Below are positions 8,809 to 17,422 of a stretch of DNA of 32,000 bases, in pieces. The translations under genes and the position numbers were made by a program. Source of the DNA: Candidatus Thorarchaeota archaeon (GTDB lineage Archaea > Asgardarchaeota > Heimdallarchaeia > Hodarchaeales > Hodarchaeaceae); assembly GCA_048882505.1 (NCBI GenBank), contig JBHLRO010000001.1, forward strand, positions 180,001 to 212,000, written 5' to 3'. Below the pieces are notes generated by a model. That model was not told where the DNA came from and searched no databases. It saw only the letters and a list, made by a program, of their open reading frames with translations. Numbering within the stretch: position 1 is the first letter of the stretch; the number at the start of each line of letters is the position of its first letter.

Positions 8809-9573
8809 CTAAATTAGATCAGCAGGAAGCTTTAGGAGCTTAAGAACGTATTCAAACGAAAAAGTTGTGGCTAGGGAATGCTTGGGATCATGCCATTTGG
8901 AACACCCGGGATATTGTAGTGGTACCGCCTGAGCAGGGATCCCAGCTTCCATGACGTAAGTTTTACCCAAGGCCAGTTCAGGGAGACAAGCAACTGCGAT
9001 TAATCCAAAATCGCCTAATTTTTTCCTCAAATTTTTGAAAACCCGAGAAAACGAAGGTTCCTTGAATCGCCTTCCCATGGTGATGAACGTATAGAACCCA
9101 TTGGACTCCCCAAGTTGGCTCAATTTAAGCGCTGGGGAATATTCATCTGTATTATTTCCCACAATACGGTGCCATCCCATTTTGCTACGTTTAACCTTTA
9201 GAAGGTCGTAATTGGGACCAGTTAAACACCGTGGGAGAACCACCACTTTAGTAGGGGTAGCTTCAAATGCCGCGCGCATGTTTGAGTTTGAATACTCAAT
9301 TAGGAGCATATAAAGCAAATATTCCGCTTTTTGTGTGTGAATCATCGGATTCCGATAATCGATGTTCAGCGTCTTCAGCTCTACAGCCTCGTTATACCTT
9401 TGACATTCCAGAAGATATTTCTCAAGAACCGGAGAAACCTTTTCTTCAAAGGCTTGCTGCGCAGTGTTCACAGCTCGGAGATAATCCGTATATCCTGGTA
9501 AAGTTTCTCCATTATTGATGTAATAAGGAAAAGTTGCTTCCTTCGTCTCGTCTTTCTGATCCTTCACAAGCAA
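8809..9573 (-). CDS. DUF116-like protein
   Basis: VVLPRCL, LIAVAC..EL..G, IP..AVPL...GC match my recollection of the DUF116 consensus; TTG start. Confidence 0.65.
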   Translation of the reverse strand: MLVKDQKDETKEATFPYYINNGETLPGYTDYLRAVNTAQQAFEEKVSPVLEKYLLECQRYNEAVELKTLNIDYRNPMIHTQKAEYLLYMLLIEYSNSNMRAAFEATPTKVVVLPRCLTGPNYDLLKVKRSKMGWHRIVGNNTDEYSPALKLSQLGESNGFYTFITMGRRFKEPSFSRVFKNLRKKLGDFGLIAVACLPELALGKTYVMEAGIPAQAVPLQYPGCSKWHDPKHSLATTFSFEYVLKLLKLPADLI

Positions 9574-9671
9574 TCCCGTATCTTTCGCAATATTGGCATC
9601 AATTACCTGAATAATGAAATATGTAACCTTGGGTTATATGTGGAAATTCCAACGCTCATCCAGGTTTTACA

Positions 9672-10988
9672 ATGATGGCCTCCTTGAATCAGTTCCTTAT
9701 GGTTCAATCCTTGCCCGAATCATTGCAAAGCGATGTAAGAAGCTTCTTTTTGGTCAGTAATTTTAGAATATTTATCGAAAGCCTCACCTCAATTGTTCTC
9801 ATCCTTTATCTATTAGATTCCTTACCACCCGAGCAAGTAGGTTTTATTTGGGCGGTCAATTTCGCGGTTAATACTCTCCTTGATTACCCAACTGGAGTAT
9901 TGGGGGATTTAATAGGTCATAAAAAGGTACTTTGCCTAGCTTATGCTTTCAAAATTGTTGGGGTCGGGACTCTAATACCAGCAAGAACATTCGGTGACTT
10001 CTTACTTTTCATGATTATAATGGGATTCGCATCATCTCAGGAGAGCGGAGCACTCCAATCATGGTTTGATAATTCATATAGGGTTAAATCAAAGACCTTG
10101 GATGAAGATCGAAATATCTATACGAATTTCACAACCAAGAACGGATTTGTAGCCAACATCGCATACATTGTTGGATTTATTGGAGGAGGGACGTTAGCGA
10201 CCTATGTTTCTCGGCAGGCTCTCTTTACTTTCAGACTGATATTAGAAGTGACTATTCTAATCATAGTCATCATTCGGATAAGAGAATTTACTGTTAGTAA
10301 TGACACTCCTTTATCAATCAGGAATTATCTAGTTCAAACCTATTCGGGGATCTGCTTTTTATTCCACAGAAAATCAGTTTTTTTCTATTTCATTGGATCA
10401 TCCTTCATTTTTGCCGTCAATGGAACAGTTTGGCATCCGCTCATGCTATTCAGAGTCTACGAAACATATTCAGGGTCGGATGCGGGAGCGGGAGTGCTTC
10501 GGTCTTTGATCTTTGCCAGTGGGTTATTTTGGCAATATCTCCTCATAAATAGAATGTTTCATTTTGGACGTAGATCCTATTGGTGGGTTTTTGTTTCATC
10601 AGTCATGAGCAATGCTGTATTCTTCGGATTAGTGATGCTCTATTTCATCTTTTTACCGCCGATGGGATTTAGTTTAATTCTCGTAGTAGGATTATTTGCC
10701 ATTTATCAAATTCCTTCATTTCTAGAGTCGCTGGAATTTATCCTGAGGAATAGGATTAATCTCGATTTGGTACCTGACGAGTTGAGGAACAGTGTATATT
10801 CTCTGATACCGACTATTGTGACGGGGTTGGGATTCCCGTTTGTACTAGTCGGAGGATATGTTATTGGTACTTTTGGCTTTGTTTCGGGTTTTTATGTCCT
10901 GATTATCATATCCCTAAGTGGATCTCTTCTATTGGGTTTGGGATTATTCTTCAGAGGGAAGGAAAGTCCCTCTGTTACAAAAAGCTGA
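9672..10988 (+). CDS. MFS transporter
   Basis: DYPTGVLGDLIGHK (motif A variant), SGALQSWF, VPDELRNSVYSL; about 12 hydrophobic segments. Confidence 0.88.
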   Translation: MMASLNQFLMVQSLPESLQSDVRSFFLVSNFRIFIESLTSIVLILYLLDSLPPEQVGFIWAVNFAVNTLLDYPTGVLGDLIGHKKVLCLAYAFKIVGVGTLIPARTFGDFLLFMIIMGFASSQESGALQSWFDNSYRVKSKTLDEDRNIYTNFTTKNGFVANIAYIVGFIGGGTLATYVSRQALFTFRLILEVTILIIVIIRIREFTVSNDTPLSIRNYLVQTYSGICFLFHRKSVFFYFIGSSFIFAVNGTVWHPLMLFRVYETYSGSDAGAGVLRSLIFASGLFWQYLLINRMFHFGRRSYWWVFVSSVMSNAVFFGLVMLYFIFLPPMGFSLILVVGLFAIYQIPSFLESLEFILRNRINLDLVPDELRNSVYSLIPTIVTGLGFPFVLVGGYVIGTFGFVSGFYVLIIISLSGSLLLGLGLFFRGKESPSVTKS

Positions 10989-11425
10989 GCGGAGTTAGTG
11001 TGGATGTTAAGATTTCAGCGAATAACACCATGCCCGATTTCAAATTCCAATTGATTCACTGTCGCCACCTGCTGCTGAAATGGCAATAGAGACCAAGGCT
11101 ACCTTTAATTCCCTGAAAACTCGTGCAGCAGCCATTGGGGATCCTTTATTGTTAATTTAGGATTGTTCTAGGAACAAAAAACCCATCCATAAGTTTCTTT
11201 CGAAAAATTCGAACGCGTCCAGTCATATCAATACTGGATTATATTATGAGACTGAAAATACAGTCCAAACAAGGCAAATTAGCGATTAAGTTTAGACCCA
11301 GGACTTGAGTGTTGTTACCGTTCTATTGTTTACACAGGCCGATCTGGAAACCTTATGAGTTTGAAAATTGTTATATCAAAATAGTTTCCTGACCATGGGT
11401 TGTGTTCGTGAAATAAAAAGATCTG

Positions 11426-11448
11426 ATTCAATTTCTATATGATTGAAT
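11426..11448. promoter_or_regulatory. Inverted repeat ATTCAAT-N9-ATTGAAT, candidate transcription-factor operator
   Basis: Perfect 7-bp arms directly upstream of an AAGAAATATAAG BRE/TATA-like element, about 75 nt before the 11523 start. Confidence 0.35.
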
Positions 11449-11522
11449 ACTAAGAAATATAAGTTCCATGAGCTTTTACGATATGCACTCTCACAATTGA
11501 TTAGATCGGAAGGTAACGCCAA

Positions 11523-11849
11523 ATGTTCTGTGATAATTGCGGCAATTCGGTAGATGATGATAGTGTATTTTGTTCGCGTTGCGGGAATCAGCTAATACCG
11601 CAAAAGGCTCCCCCAAGCAACGTCCCTCGGCCTACACGCCCAGCAATGAGAACGAGACGCGAGAGTCAAGACTTTTTATGTTTTGGAGAAGAATCAGGAG
11701 AAAATCCATATACGGGCGGGATTGTATTAATCTGTATCGGTGTTTTTTTAGCGTTATTGTTCTTTTTTCCCACTTTTCCTATCGAATATTTGGTTCCACT
11801 TGCGTTTATGGTATTCGGAGCCCTAATAGTTATCAATGCTCGAAAATGA
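11523..11849 (+). CDS. Zinc-ribbon domain membrane protein
   Basis: N-terminal CxxC-x10-CxxC (CDNC...CSRC), Pro/Arg-rich linker, DFLCFGE motif, two TM helices; GAAGGTAA RBS. Confidence 0.85.
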   Translation: MFCDNCGNSVDDDSVFCSRCGNQLIPQKAPPSNVPRPTRPAMRTRRESQDFLCFGEESGENPYTGGIVLICIGVFLALLFFFPTFPIEYLVPLAFMVFGALIVINARK

Positions 11850-11859
11850 GGTGATCAAG

Positions 11860-12345
11860 TTGAGTAAAATATGTTCAAAGTGTGGCCATCCAAATGAAAA
11901 AGATTCAAACTTCTGTCGAAATTGTGGGGCCATTTTAGCATCTCAAGTTCTTCCAAGCAAAACTGGAGATCAAGTTGAATTTGTTGGTGATTCCCGATCC
12001 ACACAACAGGATGATTTTCTCTGTTTTGGGGAAAAATCTGATGTTGAAGGAGCTGCCGTCATAGGTGGTCTTTTCATCATTGTGGGACTCTTCATTGGAA
12101 TCGTTCTACTGTTCCCTGGCTTCATTGGGGACTTTTTCGGTAATTTTGGTGAATCTATGGGGCGCCTTGGGAGTGATTTTGGTAGTGCAATGGGGAACTG
12201 GGGATCAACATTCGGACAGTCGGTTGGGTTTTTCTTTGAAAACCTTTTCACTGAAAATCTCTGGTGGGATGTTCTCCAATTGTTAATACCAATTGGGTTT
12301 ATTGTCTTGGGAATTATTGTTATTTTGAGGAGTAGAAGGACCTAA
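11860..12345 (+). CDS. Zinc-ribbon domain membrane protein (paralogue of 11523-11849)
   Basis: CSKC...CRNC, DFLCFGE, TM helix, Gly/Phe-rich 11-mer repeats, C-terminal TM. Start placed at TTG 11860, 4 nt after GAGGTGAT, rather than the ORF-track ATG at 11836. Confidence 0.85.
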   Translation: MSKICSKCGHPNEKDSNFCRNCGAILASQVLPSKTGDQVEFVGDSRSTQQDDFLCFGEKSDVEGAAVIGGLFIIVGLFIGIVLLFPGFIGDFFGNFGESMGRLGSDFGSAMGNWGSTFGQSVGFFFENLFTENLWWDVLQLLIPIGFIVLGIIVILRSRRT

Positions 12346-12368
12346 GTACCCCCCAATGCGATTAAAAA

Positions 12369-15206
12369 ATGAACGATTCGAAGGCAAAATCTGAGTTTGA
12401 GAAACAAATAAACCTACTGTGGGAATCGGATTATAGAACTGAGCAAAGCTGGAATGAATTCCTCAATTGCCTGTCTCTGGAAGAGGTTACATTCGTAGGG
12501 AACTTATCGTCTCACACATTCCAATTCATTACAAACAATTTACTTATCATCGCTCTTAGAGACACATGGAAAGAGAAGGATTGTTTAGGCTATCTTAGTG
12601 ATGTTAGAAAGGATTTAAATCTCAATGGTAAGGATTTAGTGATCGTAACGGCATTATTGGAGCCGTTTCAAAATGTCTCATTTTTTTTTCAACCAGGACA
12701 CACAGCAGGTTCAAAGATCAAGGTTATTCGGATTCCTCGGTTTCATATCCCATATTTTTTTTCGCTGGACAGGAAAGGAGTCCCTTCTGCGACTTTAAAG
12801 GAACTTCTCTGTAATTGGATTGACCAAATCTCGCTAGAGAGGGAGTACTTGGATGTCTTTACAGATTCAAAAACCAGCTTAAAGGAGAGGGTTTATCTTG
12901 CCACGCTAACACTAATTTGGGGGCTTTTAGTCCATTTAGAAGGAAAAAAACTTTTGGTATCCAATAAGAGCATAGACCGAGACGGATTTCGTAAGCTGAC
13001 TTTAAGATTCCTTAAGGAGTTCATTGGGCCCGAAATTGGCTATTCAGACAATTCCCTGGTAAAAGAATTGCTGAAAGACATCGTAGCGGATGATAACGAC
13101 TTTGATTTTAAGTTGATAAGCCATTTGTCACAATCCTTTCCCTACTCATGGATTGAACCCTCTACAATGATGGAAGAGGTCGCGATCACTCCTGTCATTC
13201 TCTCAAAGGTCTTTGAATCCTTCGGATTAGGGGAAAAAAAACACGGCAAATATTACACAAAAATCGTGGATGCGGAATTTCTCAGTTTCCTCGGTTTATA
13301 TCGATATTTACAGACCAAAAAAGAAGGAATTGATCTTAAAAGTCTTCGTGACGCATATTACTATCCCCTATTATTTTCTAATGGTGAAACGAATTATCAG
13401 CTTTCTCCTCACGAAATTTCCATAAAAATACTCGATCCAAGTTGTGGTACAGGAACGTTCTTGATCTCTATAGCCAATTTAATAATCCGCTTCCTTCAAA
13501 TCAAAACTGAACCTATTCGCCTTAAACTTCATCTCTGGGGAGTCGATATCGCCTCACTCCCTCTCTGGATAACTAAAACGAGAATAACATTCCTAAAAAT
13601 GACGATTTCGAAGAAAATTAGATCCCAGATGACTTTGCCCCTCAAAATAGACACCGTGAAGCTTATTAGGTCGGATTTTTTTGCATGTTCTTTTCCTACA
13701 TCTTTCGACCTCATTATCGGCAATCCTCCATGGGTCCGGCACGAAGATATAAACTATGGAATCCGAAGTGGTTCTTTCAGCAAGAATCAAATCCACAATA
13801 AAGTTGCAAAGGAATTAGGAACAGGAGTAGTTCTGGACAAAAGGAGCGACCTATCAATCTTTTTTTGTTTAAGAGCATTCTCCTTGCTTGACCCAAAGGT
13901 CGGCCAACTTTCCTTTATCATGCCCATTTCATGGTTAGAAGTTCAGTTTGGGCGTAGTCTTCAGAACTTTCTGTTAGATCCTCTAAATCGTATCTCAAGA
14001 TTTGAGGTGCTTAATTGGGAGCGAAAACGTCTCTGGGAAGAGTTGGGCGTAAATTCTGTTTTCTTCTTGGCATCTCGTGAGACGCAGGTTCCAAAAAGTT
14101 TAACGGATGGATTTTTTACTACTTCTTCGGTGCCATTTTCTGAAATTCCTCCCAAAACCTTACAGGATGGAATTCTTGACTTACGGGAGCACAGGTTCAA
14201 TATTTATAGAACAGAAAAATTAGAGGGAGCTGTTCTAAGGACCACAAAGAAATGGGCTGGTAGTTTTCTACGTACTCCTCTTAAGATACGTAGAATCATT
14301 AAGAAACTTCAAACTAAAGGGATAGCCTTGGGTGAACTCGCCATAGTACGGTTCGGGATAAAAACAGGTGCAAACGATTTTTTTTACTTGGAATTGAGCG
14401 AAAATTCAGCATCTAATCCGGATCTTATTCATGTACGAAATCGCTTGGGTTTCGGTGGCTTAATGGAGAGGGAATACTGTATTCCTATAGTAAAATCACC
14501 TATCGAAATCCAAGGCTTTATCATATCCAAATCGTTTGTATCAACACGTTTACTCTTTTATTGTCAAGAATCTCCAGATGAACTCAAAGATAAGCAGGCG
14601 CGCCGTTTGATTGAATGGGGAGAATCGTTAGAACTTGAAATAAAGCAAGGAATTAATAGTGGAAACCAGATACAGGGGATTAAGTCTTTAAGAAGTCTTA
14701 GAGGAAGGAGACAGTGGTATTCTATTCCCGAAACACCCATTCCCGATCTTGTTTGGACAAAGAGTTTCCATGATCGTCCGGGCTGTATATTCAATGAGAA
14801 AAGAGTACATACTGATCAAAGATTTTACTCAATTATATTGAAAGATAAGTCCTTTACTTCTCTGGTCTTCCTTTACCTCAATAGTTCCTTAGTATGGGCT
14901 CAAACTGAAATTCAAGGGAATACAAATATGGGATTTGGAGTACTCGACACGAATGTGTATTCCTTAAGAAGTATCTTCATCCCTGTGGGTCTTGTAAACG
15001 ATCCTACAAAAATGAAATGCGTGGAGGATTTGGTAAATCGATTAAAATCTCAGCCAAGGAGATATTCCATGCTAAAGAATTCTCCACTTCTTCATGAAAT
15101 AGATTCTTTGTTCTATGATTACTTTGATATTTCCGAAAAGGATCGGCAAAATCTCTCTTACTTTGTAACAAGTACATTGAAGAAAAGAATACGGATGACA
15201 ACCTAG
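12369..15206 (+). CDS. Type IIG / Eco57I-like N6-adenine DNA methyltransferase (gamma-class motif order) with C-terminal target-recognition region
   Basis: GKYYT (motif X), ILDPSCGTGTFL (motif I), FDLIIGNPPW (motif IV), GIKTGANDFFYL and a TaqI-C-like C-terminal region. Confidence 0.88.
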   Translation: MNDSKAKSEFEKQINLLWESDYRTEQSWNEFLNCLSLEEVTFVGNLSSHTFQFITNNLLIIALRDTWKEKDCLGYLSDVRKDLNLNGKDLVIVTALLEPFQNVSFFFQPGHTAGSKIKVIRIPRFHIPYFFSLDRKGVPSATLKELLCNWIDQISLEREYLDVFTDSKTSLKERVYLATLTLIWGLLVHLEGKKLLVSNKSIDRDGFRKLTLRFLKEFIGPEIGYSDNSLVKELLKDIVADDNDFDFKLISHLSQSFPYSWIEPSTMMEEVAITPVILSKVFESFGLGEKKHGKYYTKIVDAEFLSFLGLYRYLQTKKEGIDLKSLRDAYYYPLLFSNGETNYQLSPHEISIKILDPSCGTGTFLISIANLIIRFLQIKTEPIRLKLHLWGVDIASLPLWITKTRITFLKMTISKKIRSQMTLPLKIDTVKLIRSDFFACSFPTSFDLIIGNPPWVRHEDINYGIRSGSFSKNQIHNKVAKELGTGVVLDKRSDLSIFFCLRAFSLLDPKVGQLSFIMPISWLEVQFGRSLQNFLLDPLNRISRFEVLNWERKRLWEELGVNSVFFLASRETQVPKSLTDGFFTTSSVPFSEIPPKTLQDGILDLREHRFNIYRTEKLEGAVLRTTKKWAGSFLRTPLKIRRIIKKLQTKGIALGELAIVRFGIKTGANDFFYLELSENSASNPDLIHVRNRLGFGGLMEREYCIPIVKSPIEIQGFIISKSFVSTRLLFYCQESPDELKDKQARRLIEWGESLELEIKQGINSGNQIQGIKSLRSLRGRRQWYSIPETPIPDLVWTKSFHDRPGCIFNEKRVHTDQRFYSIILKDKSFTSLVFLYLNSSLVWAQTEIQGNTNMGFGVLDTNVYSLRSIFIPVGLVNDPTKMKCVEDLVNRLKSQPRRYSMLKNSPLLHEIDSLFYDYFDISEKDRQNLSYFVTSTLKKRIRMTT

Positions 15207-15268
15207 GGAAAGGAATAAATCCGGTTTAGAGTGAGTGAGTGTACTTGTAAATCGGGTGATTCACGGGT

Positions 15269-15898
15269 TTGAAAACAACCGATGAAGAGATTCCTCCAAA
15301 TATAAGGTCGGTTATAGACCAGCTCGTACGACAACAGTTTTTTCTAACCCCTAGCTATATAATTGATCGTACCAGTCGCAAGAGGTTGGAAGTAAAAGGA
15401 TCTAATCAAATTCTGGCATTTTTTTCTGAATTTCTCTTTGGAAAGATGAAGGATTTAGAAGGAACGGATCCTGAACCCTACCTTTTGGCTTTGTTATCTG
15501 TAACGGCCAAGCTCCAATTGGAAAAAGATGACTTAATAACAAGGTTTGAGAGAAAAGCAGGGGATTTCCTGATCGAAGGTTTGGCATCCGAAACCATTCT
15601 CTTAATTACTACGGTTTCTACAATATTAGAATCCCTGGATGCAAAGCATTTTGAAACACTGCTAAAACACCTTCGTTCATGGCTTTCAAAAATAGCTAAT
15701 CCTCGAAATTTGGAACAATTGTTCAAAGAAGGGATCAAACGACTGGGGGAAACAGCAAATCCTGATTTTTCTCTATTACTAAATCTAGTTAAGATAAAAG
15801 ATTTGGCAAGGCTTTTCGGAGGAGTTATTGAATTCAACCCTCAAGAAGAAGAGCGGATTCGAAATAAAGTTATTCAAGAACTTTTAATTCATAATTAG
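15269..15898 (+). CDS. Hypothetical all-helical protein
   Basis: 209-aa ORF, TTG start 8 nt after GGGTGAT; Leu-rich amphipathic helices; no recognised motif. Confidence 0.75.
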   Translation: MKTTDEEIPPNIRSVIDQLVRQQFFLTPSYIIDRTSRKRLEVKGSNQILAFFSEFLFGKMKDLEGTDPEPYLLALLSVTAKLQLEKDDLITRFERKAGDFLIEGLASETILLITTVSTILESLDAKHFETLLKHLRSWLSKIANPRNLEQLFKEGIKRLGETANPDFSLLLNLVKIKDLARLFGGVIEFNPQEEERIRNKVIQELLIHN

Positions 15899-15976
15899 AA
15901 AGCTTTTCCGCAAACCCTTTAATTGGGTATATTTGAAAGATAACAATCGTCTTCAAAATAAAAGGATGTAAATGAT

Positions 15977-16591
15977 ATGTTCGAAATCTTGTTTGATGTC
16001 CTACCTATTATCTTGGTTCTCGCTGGAGCCATAGGATTACTTTATGGAGTAGATAGGCTCACTAAGAGGGCCAAACATGAATCTGGTCTCTTTAAGTATA
16101 TTGCATTGGCTACATCAATTATAATTGGATTAGTAAACGTAGCTCTCATCTTTGAATGGAAAATCTTGGCAACAGCTACAGTTCAAGATAGATTACATTG
16201 GTTGACAATCCTTCTGATCTTCATTGCGGGATCCTCAATGTTGGCCGAATCCTTGAAGGAAACACCACTCGCTGCTGTCATTGCGATAATTGCATTTGGA
16301 GCGATTTCCGGTCTGTTCTTGTTTACAGCAGATTTTAGCGGGGGTTTCGCTAATCCCGAGGTTCTTGGTATAGTCCCCGTTCCGCTATCACTCGTAATAT
16401 TGGTGATAGTAGTTCTCGTCGGTATAATATTCCTGCTAACTTTTCTCACAGAATTCACTGTTGATAAGCTTCTTGATGTTATAGGTTGGTCTCCGATCGT
16501 TATCGTATTTTCCGCCCTATTACTTGTTCAGGGATTTTTGATTTTCGTGCTTACCGATGCAGGCGGCATTTGGGCTTTGATAGGTCTTTAA
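15977..16591 (+). CDS. Hypothetical polytopic membrane protein
   Basis: 204 aa, about 6 hydrophobic segments, AGGATG RBS-like element upstream. Confidence 0.8.
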   Translation: MFEILFDVLPIILVLAGAIGLLYGVDRLTKRAKHESGLFKYIALATSIIIGLVNVALIFEWKILATATVQDRLHWLTILLIFIAGSSMLAESLKETPLAAVIAIIAFGAISGLFLFTADFSGGFANPEVLGIVPVPLSLVILVIVVLVGIIFLLTFLTEFTVDKLLDVIGWSPIVIVFSALLLVQGFLIFVLTDAGGIWALIGL

Positions 16592-16599
16592 AGAGAATT

Positions 16600-16618
16600 G
16601 GGTTTCCTTTTGAAACCC
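16600..16618. terminator. Hairpin GGGTTTC-CTTTT-GAAACCC between convergent genes
   Basis: Perfect 7-bp stem with 5-nt loop, 9 nt after the 16591 stop and between convergent CDSs. Confidence 0.4.
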
Positions 16619-16716
16619 TTCCCCCATTTTAATTACTAAAAATACGCATCAACATCGTTTTCCTGTCCATGCGTTTTATTTCACGTCGAACAAAAGGTAC
16701 GCAGTTGATTCTAAAT

Positions 16717-17259
16717 CTATAACTGACTTCGAAGCACTATGATTTTCCGCGCGAGCATTTCGAACGCGTCCTCGATGGCTTCCCCAGTTTTTGCAGAGGT
16801 CTCAACAAATCCTGAATTTAGCGCTTTTGCTTTAGCAAACCCTTGAACTGTTTTTAGGCTGGAGGTAACTTCTTCTCTGAGATCAATCTTGTTTCCTATT
16901 AGCACCACAGGCAGCTCTGGGAAAGTCTCAGCGCGTTCACGAACTTCTGCTATCCAGACATCAATTGAATCCAGCGTTTTGGGTTGTGTAATATCATAAA
17001 CAGCCAAGGCTCCAAAGGCTCCTTTATAGTAGGCTTTCATGACATTTCTAAATGCTGGTTGTCCCGCGAGGTCCCATATCTGCCAGTTCACATCATAATC
17101 ATCAATTTTCGTTCTTAAAAAGGCAAAATCGGCTCCCATTGTGGCAAGAAAGTCCGTACGAAATCCTTCTCCCATATAGCGTCTCCTGATCGAGGTTTTC
17201 CCGACCGCTCCATCCCCGATGAGCACTATTTTTAGAAGAAGTTTCGAGATCATCGACAC
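16717..17259 (-). CDS. Rab-like small GTPase (Ras superfamily)
   Basis: G1 GDGAVGKT, G2 TMGADF, G3 WDLAGQ, G4 NKID, G5 ETSAK; RabF-like YYKGA and VYDIT. GTG at 17259 or ATG at 17253. Confidence 0.95.
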   Translation of the reverse strand: MSMISKLLLKIVLIGDGAVGKTSIRRRYMGEGFRTDFLATMGADFAFLRTKIDDYDVNWQIWDLAGQPAFRNVMKAYYKGAFGALAVYDITQPKTLDSIDVWIAEVRERAETFPELPVVLIGNKIDLREEVTSSLKTVQGFAKAKALNSGFVETSAKTGEAIEDAFEMLARKIIVLRSQL

Positions 17260-17422
17260 ATCCTAATAATTTGGGATTTTGGGGCTTAAAGTCATTGTGA
17301 AGAAGAATCCGTTAATGAATTTTAAGTAATAGTCATTACAGGGGTTTATATGTCATTCCTCCCCAGGATATTATAAAATAGTTCGGTGATAAAAAATCGA
17401 CTCCTCCCGTCTTTGCTTCGTA

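Noticed and set aside
11836-11859. ORF-track ATG start for the second zinc-ribbon gene
   Set aside because: It overlaps the previous gene and contains the GAGGTGAT RBS; TTG 11860 gives a Zn ribbon at the N-terminus like its paralogue.
12369-15206. Methyltransferase as part of a prophage or genomic island
   Set aside because: No integrase, att-like repeats, tRNA or obvious compositional shift visible by eye.
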